Shown in pieces: positions 1-12,082 of a stretch of DNA of 64,000 nucleotides (its first letter is position 1; every line of letters starts with the position of its first letter). Under the pieces are notes generated by a model that saw only the letters and a program-made list of their open reading frames with translations, was not told the DNA's origin and made no database searches. Source of the stretch: Heterodontus francisci (taxonomy: Eukaryota); contig NC_090397.1 in NCBI RefSeq assembly GCF_036365525.1, positions 56,398,091 to 56,462,090 on the forward strand, in the 5' to 3' direction. The translations under genes were made by a program, and so were the position numbers.

Positions 1-2208
1 TTTGGCTTACATGTCACTCCAGATTCACAGCAATGTGGTTAACTGCCCTCTAAAACTCAGTTGTAATAAACCACGACAGAAGCATTGAAAGTCAACCTAT
101 GCCATGTAGACTGCAGCAGTTAATGAAGGTGGCTCACCACTGCCTTCTCAAGGACAATTAGGGATGGGCAATAAATGCTGCCTGTGATGCTCACATCCCA
201 AGAATAAATAAAAACAAAAGAACAGGGATAAATTTTTAAAAAATTAAAACAAAGCCAATTGAAAGAAGTTGAGAAGCACATTCAATATGCTGCTATAAAT
301 CAATAGAATTTTTTTCAATCCACTTCCATTAACAGTACTGTCCCTGGCTGCCATTTATGTGGATGGGTGGATGAACCAACACAGTAACCTGGATGCTAGG
401 TAGTGTACAAATTAGCACAGTAACTGGGTCCCCTTTAAATGTGCTAATGGATGAAACGGCCATGTACTAGTTTAAATGTTGGAAAGATTGTGTGCATGAG
501 AAAATGGCAGACGAGAATCAACCCACAAAGTAGTAGGCATAAAGCCCCGAATCCCTGCATTAACTGATATGTTTAACTATTACATTTGCATTTAACAAGC
601 TGCACAGAGATATGTGACTGATTACCGTGCAGATTCCTCAAAAAACGTTGCTTTACCTTAGCTACACTAAAAGCCTCTTTAATATTCTCAATCCCTGTGA
701 CACAATGGTAATCAAAATCCATGGCAGTGACAAACTGATCTAGTGTAAAATTATGGCATAGGAATCTCACACATCCAATTCTTCTTACAGTCAAAGCTGC
801 ATATAAACCAGTGGTCTAGCAACATTTGCATCTATTATGCCCTGCCACTAAGTGTCTTGTCCATGCGCTTTAACCCATTGCTTTTTATACTGAAGGGTAG
901 TCGGTTATGTCATAAGAAATAGGCTGAGCTGCGCTGGGGTTGTTGAGGGTTTCACAGGATGTAATCAGTTTGTCTGGTGATTGCTGACGAGTAACTTCAT
1001 CTATGTATGACATGGTGACATTATTCTGCCCTATTTTACAGCTGCTGTTGCACTTTACAGGTACGGGACACAAGGATAATATTTTAATCAAAGTTTGAAA
1101 ATCAAAGTTGGATAGACATTAAATTTGAAGCTGCAGCAGTAAATAACAATAACATGTGACAGTTATAGTGAATGATTACTTTGCCAGAAATGATCTGAAT
1201 TAATTGTCTTTCGTACTGTTTGAAGTTAATTTACATGATGACATGAATTTGGGTTACACATGATTTATTCTTCCACTGAGTTTTGGTATCACCGTTTTTC
1301 AAACTAGGATAGCAGTATTTTAGTTTTACCTAAACCAGCGCTGTCTAATATATTTTCACACATATAATTACGTGATAATTTTTACTGATGCTTAATTTCC
1401 ACCTGATTTTATTCCCAATTTTTAATTTCATTGTGTAGCATGCCTCAGCCTGCCTACATTACAAAAGTGACTACACTTCAAAAGCACTTCATAGACTCTA
1501 AAGCACTTTAAGACGTCCCGTGGTCGTGAAAAGTGCTACATAAATGCAAGTTTTGTCTTTTCACTGTATCTGTGCTGATAAATGCAGCTAAATCTGTGAA
1601 ATACTGAACTAAACTTTCCAAATAAGCATTGTACACGTCAGAAATTTGGTGATTTATATAAGGCTGCGTTTGCTGACAGCATTCCGTGCTTTGTATCCCT
1701 CATACATATTATCACTATAATGCACTTTTACTAAAATACCATAATATTCTCAGTTATTAGTGGGTACAGCTCATTTTTTCCCATTCTATACTATTATAGA
1801 TGTTACTATTATTTGGTGAGCAGCTCTGCTCACGCGGCACACATCGGGTACATTTTGAGATTGGTGGTGTTCTTATGCAGCACACAATCAGGTAATTTGT
1901 GACCATCTCTGTTCCCTTACGACTGTTTCACACGTTGTACAAAATTCCTCTGTTTGCTCTTATAACACCTGTAAGAGCATCTTTAAAATTATACCCCAAT
2001 AAAGATGAAAATGTGACATGATATTTTGTAACAGACACATTAACGTGAACACATAAAATGTTTTATCCTGTTTTTGAACAAAGTAATTAAATAGATTAAC
2101 CGCTCCAATGAAAATAGCGGAGCAGTTTCAAATACATTTCCATTCATTACTAATAATGCACAATGGGATCTTAACCCTCGTACATGACATTGTAATTACT
2201 TTTTCAAG

Positions 2209-2568
2209 ATGGACAGCGGATTGTTCTGGATTTACAGCAGCCTAATACTCTTTCTGTCGCAAGAGGAGACATGATCGTGTTAAATTGTTCGTATTCAATA
2301 CCTGATCTACAAAGGTTCGAAGCACGGTGGGTTTTTTATAACCATGATCGACGTTCTCCCAAGATCATCGCAAATTTATCGACCAATGTACCCCAAGTGA
2401 CTCATTCTCGATATTCTGCAATGCACAACTCCAGTCAGAAAGCATTCATCTTACGGATTGCTGATGTTCAAGTCAGTGACTCTGGAACTTATTGCTGTAG
2501 GATGTTCCGGACCGTACCTCCACCAAATGTTGAAAAAGTGGGAAACGGAACACTGCTGAATGTAACCG
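2209..2568 (+). CDS. Exon: Ig V-set domain with germline-joined J-like strand (receptor gene A; CD28/NKp30/SIRP-type VJ domain)
   Basis: Acceptor ttttcaag|AT, donor G|gtaatt, phase 1-1. Translation DGQRIVLDLQQPNTLSVARGDMIVLNCSY...ARWVF...LRIADVQVSDSGTYCCRMFRTVPPPNVEKVGNGTLLNVT has the B-strand Cys, C-strand Trp, DxGxYxC and GxGT. Leader exon not identified. Confidence 0.9.
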
Positions 2569-3939
2569 GTAATTATTTTATAACTTTATGAATTAGATTC
2601 TTTGGCAATATTGTTTGGAAAATTCATGCAAACTTTAGCAGCAATGAATTTTGTACAATTGTGTGTGTCGGTCATACAATTGTGAGACACCTTGGGTTTG
2701 ATCGTCTATGGTGAGTTAGCTGATCTTTGCCAGTATATGATGGGAGGAGGTTGACTTCAGTTCCCCAGAGCTTGCGCACCCTTAATCGTTATCACGTTTT
2801 TCAGATGGAAGTGCATATATATGAAATTGGTGGAGGACAGAATCGGGGTCTCAATGCGAGAGCAGCCTCGTGACACCCACTTCCCAGCATCGCAGATGAA
2901 GAACTTTCACAGGTGGAATGCTTGGGGGGGCTGGGGAACCTCTGGCACGGTATCCCAGCAAAGAGTCAGTGTTTTCAAGAAAGGAGAAAGGAAGAAAATG
3001 AGTGGAAAAAGGAAGCAAGAAAGAAATTAAGAAAATAAACATCACTGCAGCAGTCACATCAAGGATACAAGCTAGGAAAATTACTGTCTATTACTGTCAC
3101 ATTAATGGACTAGTTTGTCACTCAACCTTTTTTTCGGGGGGAGGGGTGGGGCTGTTGTGTTCACCAATGTTTTAGATAACAATGCTGGAATACTGGCAAC
3201 CAGTATCAGCATCAAATCACAATGCAGAGATTAAAATTCCCTCTACTCTACCCTAAAATGGACCGTACCTATCTCAATGGACTAACTTTAACAGAATTGA
3301 TAGAATTGAAAGGGTGAGGATAGTGCTAATATATTTTTTCCCATTACGAACCAAAGTCCATAACTTTCCTCCCACGTTTAACATATTGGAGTAATTGAAG
3401 CAAATGTTGCTTGACTTCTTAAAGGCTATCCTAAGTAGGAACAGCTAGAATTTCTCAACTTGAACTAATAAAATAAGTTTGGTTATTCTACAAAGCCATA
3501 TCACTCATCTTGTTCTCAACTCTTGGCTTTGGTAAAGACAGACATCAAGTACTTATTACATACCTCTGCTATGTTTTGATCATCAGTTACAAATTGACAA
3601 TCCTCTCGCTGGTTTCACCTCACTTTTAACAATTCTCTTTTTATTGATATACTTCAGTCTTCCTTTTGATGGTTTTTGAAATTTTTTGCTCATCCTGTTA
3701 GCACATTATTCATATATTACTTAAAGTAATAAAATTACTTATTTATTTCCCTTTTTAGTTCGCCCTAATAACTTTCTAGAGTCAGAAAACACTGTAAACA
3801 CTCAGCAGATCAGGCACAGCACAGACAAGTTAACGTTTCAAGTATAACTCTTCATCAGATTTCCTGCATCTGCAGTCTTTTGTTTTAATATTGTTCTTTG
3901 TGTACATTACTTTCACATATCAACAACTACAAAAACTAG

Positions 3940-5220
3940 AATTTCTCTAGAGCCTTTAACATAATAGAATGTCCCAAGGCTCTCCACAGGATCCTTATAA
4001 AGCCATCTTTGACACCAAGCCGCATAAGGAGATATTAAGGCAGATGACGAAAAACTTGGTCTAAGAGGTAGGTTTTAAGGAGATGCTTAAAGGATGTAAG
4101 AGAGGTAGAAAGATGGAGAGGTTTAGGGAGGGAATTCCAAAGCTTAGGGCCTTGACAGCTGAAGGCACAGACTCAATGGTTTAACACTTAAAATTGGGAA
4201 TGCTCAAGATGTCAGAATTAGAGGAGTGCAGCTATCTCGGAGGGTTGTGGGGCTGGAGGAGATTACAGACATAGGGAAGGGTGAAGCCTTAGAGGGATTT
4301 GAAAGCAAGGATGACAAATTTAAAATCAAAGCATTGCTTAACTGGGAACCAATGTAGGTCAGCAAGCACAGGGATGATGTGTGAACATGATGGCGTGAGT
4401 AAGGACACAGGCAGTAGAGTTTTGGATGACCTTACGGAGGGTAGAATGTGGGAGCCCAATCAGGAGTGCGTTGGAATCGTCATGCCTAGAGATGACAAAG
4501 GCATGAATGAGGGTTTCAACAGCAGATGAGGTGAGGCAGGAGCAGAATCAGGTGATGTTACAGAGGTGGAAATAGGCTGTCTTAGTGATGGCATGGATAT
4601 GTGGACAGCAGTTCACCTTGGGGTCAAATATGACACCAAGGTTGCAAACAGTCTGATTCTGCCTTGGACAGTTTCTGGGGAGAAGGATGGAGTCGGTAGC
4701 TAGGGAACAGAGTTGGTAGCGAGGACCAAAGACAATGGTTTTGGTATTCCCAATATTTATTTGGAGGAAATTTCAACTCATCCAATACTGGAAGTTGGCT
4801 AAGCAATCTGATTATTTAGAGACAATAGAGGAGTCATGAAAGGTGACGGTGAGGTAGAGCTGGGTGTCAGCAGTGTATATGTAAAAACTGGCGCTGGCAG
4901 AAACCTGATTAAAGGGACTTAAAAATGGCAGACAGAGGAAAATGAAAGTGGACTTGCACCCATTCAAAGTTGGGTTGAATTCCTGCAAATTCATTTCATC
5001 CACCATTAGCCAAAGAGGTCACTTTCATCCAGGAAAGATGGGTATGGATTTGAGAGGCGACAACACATTCAAGTACTTTCAATAGGAAAGGGAGGTTGGA
5101 GATGGGGTGGTAGTTTGCAAGAAGGGTGGGGTCAAGGGTTGGTTTTTTGAGAGGGGTGTTAACGGCAGATTAGGAGAGAGGGAGTGTACCTGAGGAGAGA
5201 AAACCGTTAATATTCGTTGG
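3940..5220 (-). mobile_element. L2-like LINE 3' fragment
   Basis: Similar to 56450-57100 and to the reverse complement of 42380-42995; decayed LHWLP/FKIL-type C-terminus. Confidence 0.7.
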
Positions 5221-5843
5221 ACGTTGGAGTTCATGGTAAAAAGGATAGCATAACCATCAATTCTGGTGATAACTTGAGGTTCTCTATTTACTTATATTTC
5301 TAAGCGATATTTACCTCATTATGGATTTTAATTTATTGGTAGCTTTTACTACTGTGAAAAATAAAGCAAGCTTAGTTTAGCCCAAATCAAACAGCAGTCA
5401 GGGAGAGCTGTTAGCAGTGTAAAGTTAAGGTTGTTCTGACAGTGTGGTCGGGATGTTGTCTGGGTTAAAGACAGGGTCACATTGCGATCCAGAATGGTTC
5501 TGTAGAGCTGCAGGCTGACAATGAGATCTAATCAAGCTGTCAGTTCGATCAGATGAAAGAGGTGGTAGCTCAGGGTCTGGGCTGACAACAAAGTCAAGGC
5601 TTACAGCTGAGTCAGGCCAGAATCCTGGTTAACAATTGTGTTGTATCAGGATTTGAATTAACAGAAGGATCTGGCCATGGTTCGGGAATGTCTTATTTTG
5701 AATTTATGGACCAGCTGAGGTTTGCTGCAGAGGCGAGTCTTTCTGTCCTCACATGAAGGCCATGGCTGCTTTGAATATACATAATTCCATGAAATGCATT
5801 TTGCAAGTTCCATTGTCAACCATCAGCTTTTTTCACATTTCAG

Positions 5844-6190
5844 ATGGATCTGTACAAATTGTGCCGTTAAACTATTCAAATGGCACTTTACTGTCTTAAA
5901 GGTGAGCGCTTATTGACTTTACTGCTAATCCAGCAGATTTGAAAATAAAGTAGTAGAAAGGAGAATCATGACACAAATGCCACTTTCAATTTCCTTCATT
6001 AAAATTTGCAAAGTGCAAGTGGTTCATTTATACTTGGCAGACAGTGGAAAATGAAAGTGGACTTGCACCCATTCAAAGTTGGGTTGAACTCCTGAAAACT
6101 CATTTCATCCACCATTAGCCAAAGAGGTCACTTTCATCCATTTCATCCCAGCTTAACCAATCCAATGCTTTCTGCACTGAGAATAATCCT
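5844..6190 (+). pseudogene. Probable decayed Ig C1-type exon of gene A
   Basis: Good phase-1 acceptor (tttttcacatttcag|AT). Residual C1-like pieces (NGTLL, LIDF..P.DLKIK, ENESGL..IQSWVEL, EVT, FHPSLTNP) are broken by several stops (first TAA at 5897) and frameshifts. The 3' end is approximate. Confidence 0.45.
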
Positions 6191-6458
6191 GAATAACTTC
6201 TCTTAGAAGATTCTTGGATATCGGGACCCTATACCCTGATGGTGTCTGAAGCCTGCCGACTGTGCAATCTTCCTAGAGGCGGCTTCCGGGAGCCACATCC
6301 AATGGGCAGTGGGCAGGCTCCACAGGCGGGCAGGCCAGTTGAAGCACCTGAGGCTGTGGGCGGCTGGCAGCCTCACCAGGAAAGGTGGGCGCTGCCGATG
6401 TAGGTGGGAGACTGCAAGGGCGCCTCAAGGTGGAGGCGCCTTCTGGGGGTTTCGTAAA

Positions 6459-7774
6459 CAAAGTGACTCCTGACAATGCAGCAGCCCGCTGATGTCATCA
6501 GAGTGTTCCAAGATACACAAATGCGCGGCCTACGTCTTGCCAGGACTAAGTGGCACCTGGGTAGGAGGATGTCATCGCGCAACGCCAACGTCATCGCGTA
6601 TCCGCGTCTGGTCCATCTTTGCGCAGGGGCATGCGCAATAAATCGTCATCGGGTATTCAGCCCCCCACTCGGCTGGAGGGAGCGGCTGATTGGGAGACTT
6701 TGCAGCTGAAGCTCGATCCCTGTCACTCGCTACCGCCCCACTAGCCGCTCTCCCCAGGGCTCAACACTTCCCCATCTCAGTCACTGGCTCCAGACCTCGC
6801 TGCTCCCCCCCACTCCCCTGGCCGATTGTTCCCCGTTCCTCGCCACCCAGCTGTCCAGCCACTCGTTCCTCCCTTCCCCACTCCCACTCCCCCCGCCACC
6901 CCGCTCTCTGGCCGCTCGCTCCCTGCTTTCCCGCACCCCCACCCCCCCCCGCCCCCAGCTGCTAGCACTAGGCCGCGCCTCTTCCCTCCTCTCGGCCACC
7001 CCCTCCTACGTCATCCATCACCCCTTGCGGCCCGCCTTGCTTCTTCAGGCGGGGGGGGGGGTGGGGGGTGGAAAATGATCAAATGTGGGAGTGAATGGCC
7101 GAGAGGAGGGAAGCGGTGCGGCCTATAACTAGCGGCTGGAGTGGGGGTAGTGGGGAACGAAAGGTTGGAAAGTGGGGTGGCACAAAGAGAGGAGTGGGGA
7201 ACAATCAGGTAGGGGAGTGAGGGGAGCAGCGAGGTCTGGAGTAAGCGGCTGAGGGGGGGAAGTGGGAGGAGGGAGGAAGGGGAGAAAGCGAGTTGCCGAG
7301 GGGGGAGAGTGGCCAGTGGGGCAGGAGCTAGTAGCTGCGCTCGGGTGAAATCAGTCCTGGTCAGTCATATAAAGCGTGGATAACAAATTGGCAGCACATT
7401 TTATACTCTGCCTGACTTTCTTCTCCATCGATCGGGGTGCCAATCTCCCAAAAGTATCAGAATGTGGAAATTCAATCATTAAATTCTTTTTGTATTTAAT
7501 ATGATTACTGGAATATTAAATGGATCTGAGGATTATAGTTAGTATCCTATACTATATACTAGTATATTACTGGGCTTCCATCCAACTTAATGTAAGGTTA
7601 GTTTGCTAGAATGATCTAGCCATAAGCATTTCCTGGGATAAATTGAGCAGCGCCATCTTTAATCCTGGCAGCTGCCTGAACGTCTCAGACACTGACACTC
7701 CAGTGGAAGAGGCTGCTTTTGCACATGTGCAAGTACTGTGCCACCTAGTGGTTGTGTTGTCAGCAAACGCAGTC
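6459..7774. mobile_element. Non-autonomous DNA transposon copy 1, 9-bp TSD (Mutator-like)
   Basis: Exact TSD TTTCGTAAA at 6450-6458 and 7775-7783. Ends CAAAGTGACTCCTGACAATGC... and ...TGTCAGCAAACGCAGTC are shared with the copies at 12083 and 36931. Confidence 0.8.
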
Positions 7775-9499
7775 TTTCGTAAATTATTAAAAGTGCGGCC
7801 ACAGCTGCCAGGCCATCATTGTGCAGTAGGAACCCTTTAAAGGAGACATCGATGGCCCCCTGGCCTGCTGCTGGTTGTCTCCATGAATCTGCCTGGCTTT
7901 AACCTCAACGAGGGACCGTCCGTTGTCAGGAAGATCCCAGCAGCGTTACCAATTTGCCCCCAAGTAAGCACAATTGAACTATTGAACTATTTGCCTACCT
8001 GGTGCTTCTGGGCAGGTAGTCAGTACCAGTTTGTCCCCACCTCCGACAAGATCACTCGGAGGCAGGAATGAGACAGGTGCTGCCCCAATGCGAGATTCCC
8101 CAATTTTGCTCCTGGCCCAAGCTAGCATGCACACATGATACACACATGCAAATAGGGACAGAAAAGAGCAGAAGAAAAATAGAATGGAGAGGTTTGAGGC
8201 AATATCAGAAGAGTTTCTTGTTTACTGTGCTTCGAGCTCACTGTAGTCCTTATGTGAGTAGGCTTGCTTTTCATTGGGGCCCAGTATTCTTCTTAAACCT
8301 TGTTCACTGTAGGAGACTTTTCTCTCTTGGGGTTCATGTGTCTTCAATGGTGAGAGCGAGATAAGAGCAGACAGGAAAGAGGTGTTCTCAATCCAGGAGA
8401 AAACAGCTTTCTGATTTCAAATTACTTGTTCGAAGTTCAAATTAAAAAAACTCCAACAGTCAGTTAGTCATGTGATCCAAACTGGTCCGACCACGTCTGT
8501 TTGTGTATTCGGCCATCTTAGCAGTTAACCTGGAATGCTAGCCTTTCTGCCTTCAATGTCTGGTAATCAAAAGTCCATTGTGGATTAAATTGGAGCAGGG
8601 AATAGCCCCTCGTCCTTTGAAGTGCTGTCTATTGATATGCTCATGTATCTCTCCAGCCAAAGTTTCCAATTGTTTTTTAAAGCAAGTTCTTTCTTCACTA
8701 ACAACAGTCCAAAATCAATACTCATGTGGCAGAATTAATTTTCCTCATTCTTGGCAGGTCGGGGGCTTGCCTGACACCACCCAGGGAAATGAAATTCTAT
8801 TTGGAAAAAAAGCACATTTCATTATAGGGTTTGAGACAAATATAAGATACAGAAAGAAAAACCATGCATTTCCCTCATTCATTTCCATTCATTCACCAAT
8901 CTTAAAGCTTATTAAAAATGGTCTTTTCAAGATGCCGGGACTGCTTTAGTTTCCCCTTTTTTTTCTCAGGAGAGTTAGTAGTGAGCAGGTCTATCCTGAA
9001 CGCTGAGTCATGCAAAGACTTTTGACTGCAGGGGATGGGTGGTTCCCTTTTCCTCTGACTGAGGGGGAGGATTCTTTGTTACTCTCCCCTTCTCTGGGAC
9101 ACTCCTACCTGCAGGTATTTGTGCAGAGTTGACTGCACTCTCCTGTGACACTACGACTAGGTGAGGCATCACCCTCACAGTTTCTGTGCCCTCTGGAGGT
9201 CTCCCTTTGTCTCTGCATGTTCATGTAAATGCTGTTAGCAACTCTGGTGGGGCGCTTCTAGAGTCTGCATTTACATAGGAGGATGTGGGGTCTAACTTTT
9301 CACATTTTTAGGGGTTGGCTGACCGGATAGTAGGGATTTTCAACTGGGATTCCTCCCGGACTTCCTTTAACCTTCCCACTTGGTCACTTTTTCCCCTTCT
9401 CTTTCTAAACTTTGGCCAGCCGTGTGCCTGCCTGTCCCCTTTTGTTCTCAGTGGGGGTCCCTTACAGTTCACCGGCCCTCTGCTAGAGGGTCCTCCTAA

Positions 9500-11875
9500 C
9501 ACCGGAACAAGACTTAGAGGTGCAGATATCACTGCAAGTTGGGGTTTCCCCTCAACCTGGCACATGTGGCAACTCCTGCAGTACTCCACCACAACCTTGT
9601 GGAGTTTTGGTCAGTCAAACTGCTGTCTTATGTGGGCTTTGGTCCTTCATATACTGGCATGTACAGCCACTGAAGTCTCGTGGACCCTTCTTAATATTTC
9701 TCCCTGGTACCTCTGCAGCACCACTAACTGGTGAACTACTGTCCACTCCTTGCCCTCAGATCTGTGAGGAGAATTCCATTTCCTCATCAGTACCTTATTC
9801 TTTAAATAGTAGCAGTCAGGGACTCCCTCTGCTTCACTTTCGGACTGGGCAGCCTGTGTTAACTCTCGCAATACTGGGTCGGCTCACTGAGCCTCAGCTG
9901 GGGAAAATCCATTTAATTCATTTCCTGGATCTCCTAACTTTCCAAAGAAAGTCTCGGACAGGCAGACCTCATGGTCATCTGCCTGCAGTGCCAATGCAGT
10001 CTCCTCTGGGGGAGCTGGTTTGATCATGGCCTGATCCACTACACATTCAGGGAAACTGCAGGGGACCGTCTCGTACCCGTGCCCTGTCTCTCTGACCTCC
10101 TGCAGTCTTTCTTTCACTACTGGGGGGGCTATCACCTTCACCCCCACCAGATCATTACCTAGGAGCAGGTCAACCCTGTCCACAGGCAAACTAGGGACAA
10201 TCCCGACGGTCACCAGTCCCAAAACTAGGTCGCACTCCAAGTGCACCCAGTGTACAGGTACAGGCATACACTGCCCTCCAATACCATTCACCACCATTTT
10301 GTTCACTGCACTCTCTGAGGGAAAGATCAGGCCTCTTACCAATAAAAGGGATCTGGTGGCTCCTGTGTCCCTGAGAATTACTATAGGCATGGTTGCCCCC
10401 CTCGAAGGATATGGGGTTACTTTCCCTTCAAATACCAACCCTGATAACCTTCAGGAATCCTATTGACTTTTCCTGCACTGGCCATAGTAAGCTTCCTGGG
10501 TTGCACTTTTACTGCAGTTAAAGCCACAGCTTGTTCTGTGTTTTCCATCAGGGTCCCGTCTGCACTGAGCGGGTGTGCCCTGATTAACCCTACCAGTTTT
10601 CCCTTTAGTTTCCAGCAGTCAGCTTTTAAATGCCCTGCCTGATTACAATGGAAACACATAGGTTTCCGGATCTCACTCTTGATCGCAGCACTTTTCATTT
10701 TGGCTGGAGGAGGGCCCCCTGTGTCTCCTGCTTTCCTTTCTCATCCAGGACTGTCTGGGCAATATCACCTTCCCACCCTTTGTCCTTTTTGGATTTGTGG
10801 TGGTGATTAGGAAAGATTTTCCCCTGGGAAACTGACTTATAAATTAAAGCAAACTCCTTGGCCAAAACGGCTGCTTGCCGGGCTCCTTGAAACCGCTGCT
10901 CCTCTACATGGGTTTTTATTGAGAGTGGGAGAGTTTTTAAATTCCTCGAACAGGATTACTTCCCTGAGAGTCTCAGAGCTGAGCTGTATTTTTAAAGCCC
11001 TCAGCCACTGGTCAAAAGCCAGCTACTTACTTCTTTCAAATTCCAGATAATTTTGATTAGTTTGCTTTTTAAGAGTTCTAAACTTTTGGCGGTAGGCTTC
11101 AAGTACTAATTCATATGCCCAGAGGATAGCATTTTTGGTCAGTTCATAATTTGATGAACTCTCATCTGACAACAAGGAATAAACCTCATGGGCTTTTCTA
11201 GTTAGTTTGCTTTGTATTAAAAGGGACCATGTCTCAGTTGGCCATTTTAGCTGCCTTGCCAGTTTCACGAAAAATGCTTCCACATCTTCCTCACTGAATT
11301 TTGGAATTAATTGAGCGAGTTTTAGCTATCTCGTACCCAGCCCTGAATTCTGCTCCTCCATATTGGCCATGCTTTCACTGGGGGTACTCTGTCACCCCCT
11401 AGTTAACTCAAGCCGCTTCAGCTCTCTTTCTTCGCATTCTTTCCGGAATATTCTTTCTCTCTCTCCTCTCTCTCTCTCGTTCCATCTCCTGTCTTTCTTT
11501 CTCTCTTTCCTCTCTCTCTATTTCTTCACGTTCCTTCTGGAAGGCTCTCTCTTACTCCCTCTCCTGCCTCCCTCTCTCTCTTTCTCTTTCCCTGTCTTCT
11601 AATTCAAGTTTCCTTTGTTCCAATTGTTTCTTTGCTAGCAGTACCCTGTCTGGGTCTGCTTTGAATCTTCCTTCTGCTTCTTCAGATTCAATAGAAAAAT
11701 GGTTGGCCACTAGCCTTAGGAGTTCAGACTTCCTAGCCTTGCCACGTACAGTGATCCCACACTGCTCAGCCATTTTCTTCAACTCCTCCATAGACAGTGC
11801 TTTTAACTTATCCCAAGTTACTTCACCCTCTCTTGGAGTGCCTCTAGCTTCAGTTGCAGACATGTTAGTATTCAA
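9500..11875 (-). pseudogene. Fragmented gag-protease-integrase N-terminus of the LTR element
   Basis: ORF fragments 11552-11875, 11023-11283, 10417-10698, 9884-10438, 9647-9871 and 9308-9592 in shifting frames. Confidence 0.85.
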
Positions 11876-12082
11876 TCACACACAACCACAAGAAAACCTG
11901 TATTGAAATTTTACTCTTTTTGATTGGGAACAATTTGGCTTCCCACTTCCAATTGCACTCGTTTGTCTGTGGGTAAAATTCCGGACGCTAGCACCCAAAT
12001 TTCTGTTACAACCAGGTGAGAAAGGTGTCTAGGGGTCTTTTACTGTCTTTACCTGGTCTTATTTTAACAGGGTTTTAATTTT

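Noticed and set aside
1875-1975. Leader exon of gene A
   Set aside because: The ATG at 1875 with donor gtaatt gives phase 2 and is too short; the hydrophobic frame before gtaaga (1971) lacks an ATG and ends in phase 0. Neither fits the phase-1 V acceptor.
2209-2700. Rearranging TCR/Ig V segment
   Set aside because: The J-like strand is already in the exon, followed by a splice donor; no heptamer/nonamer RSS after the YxC.
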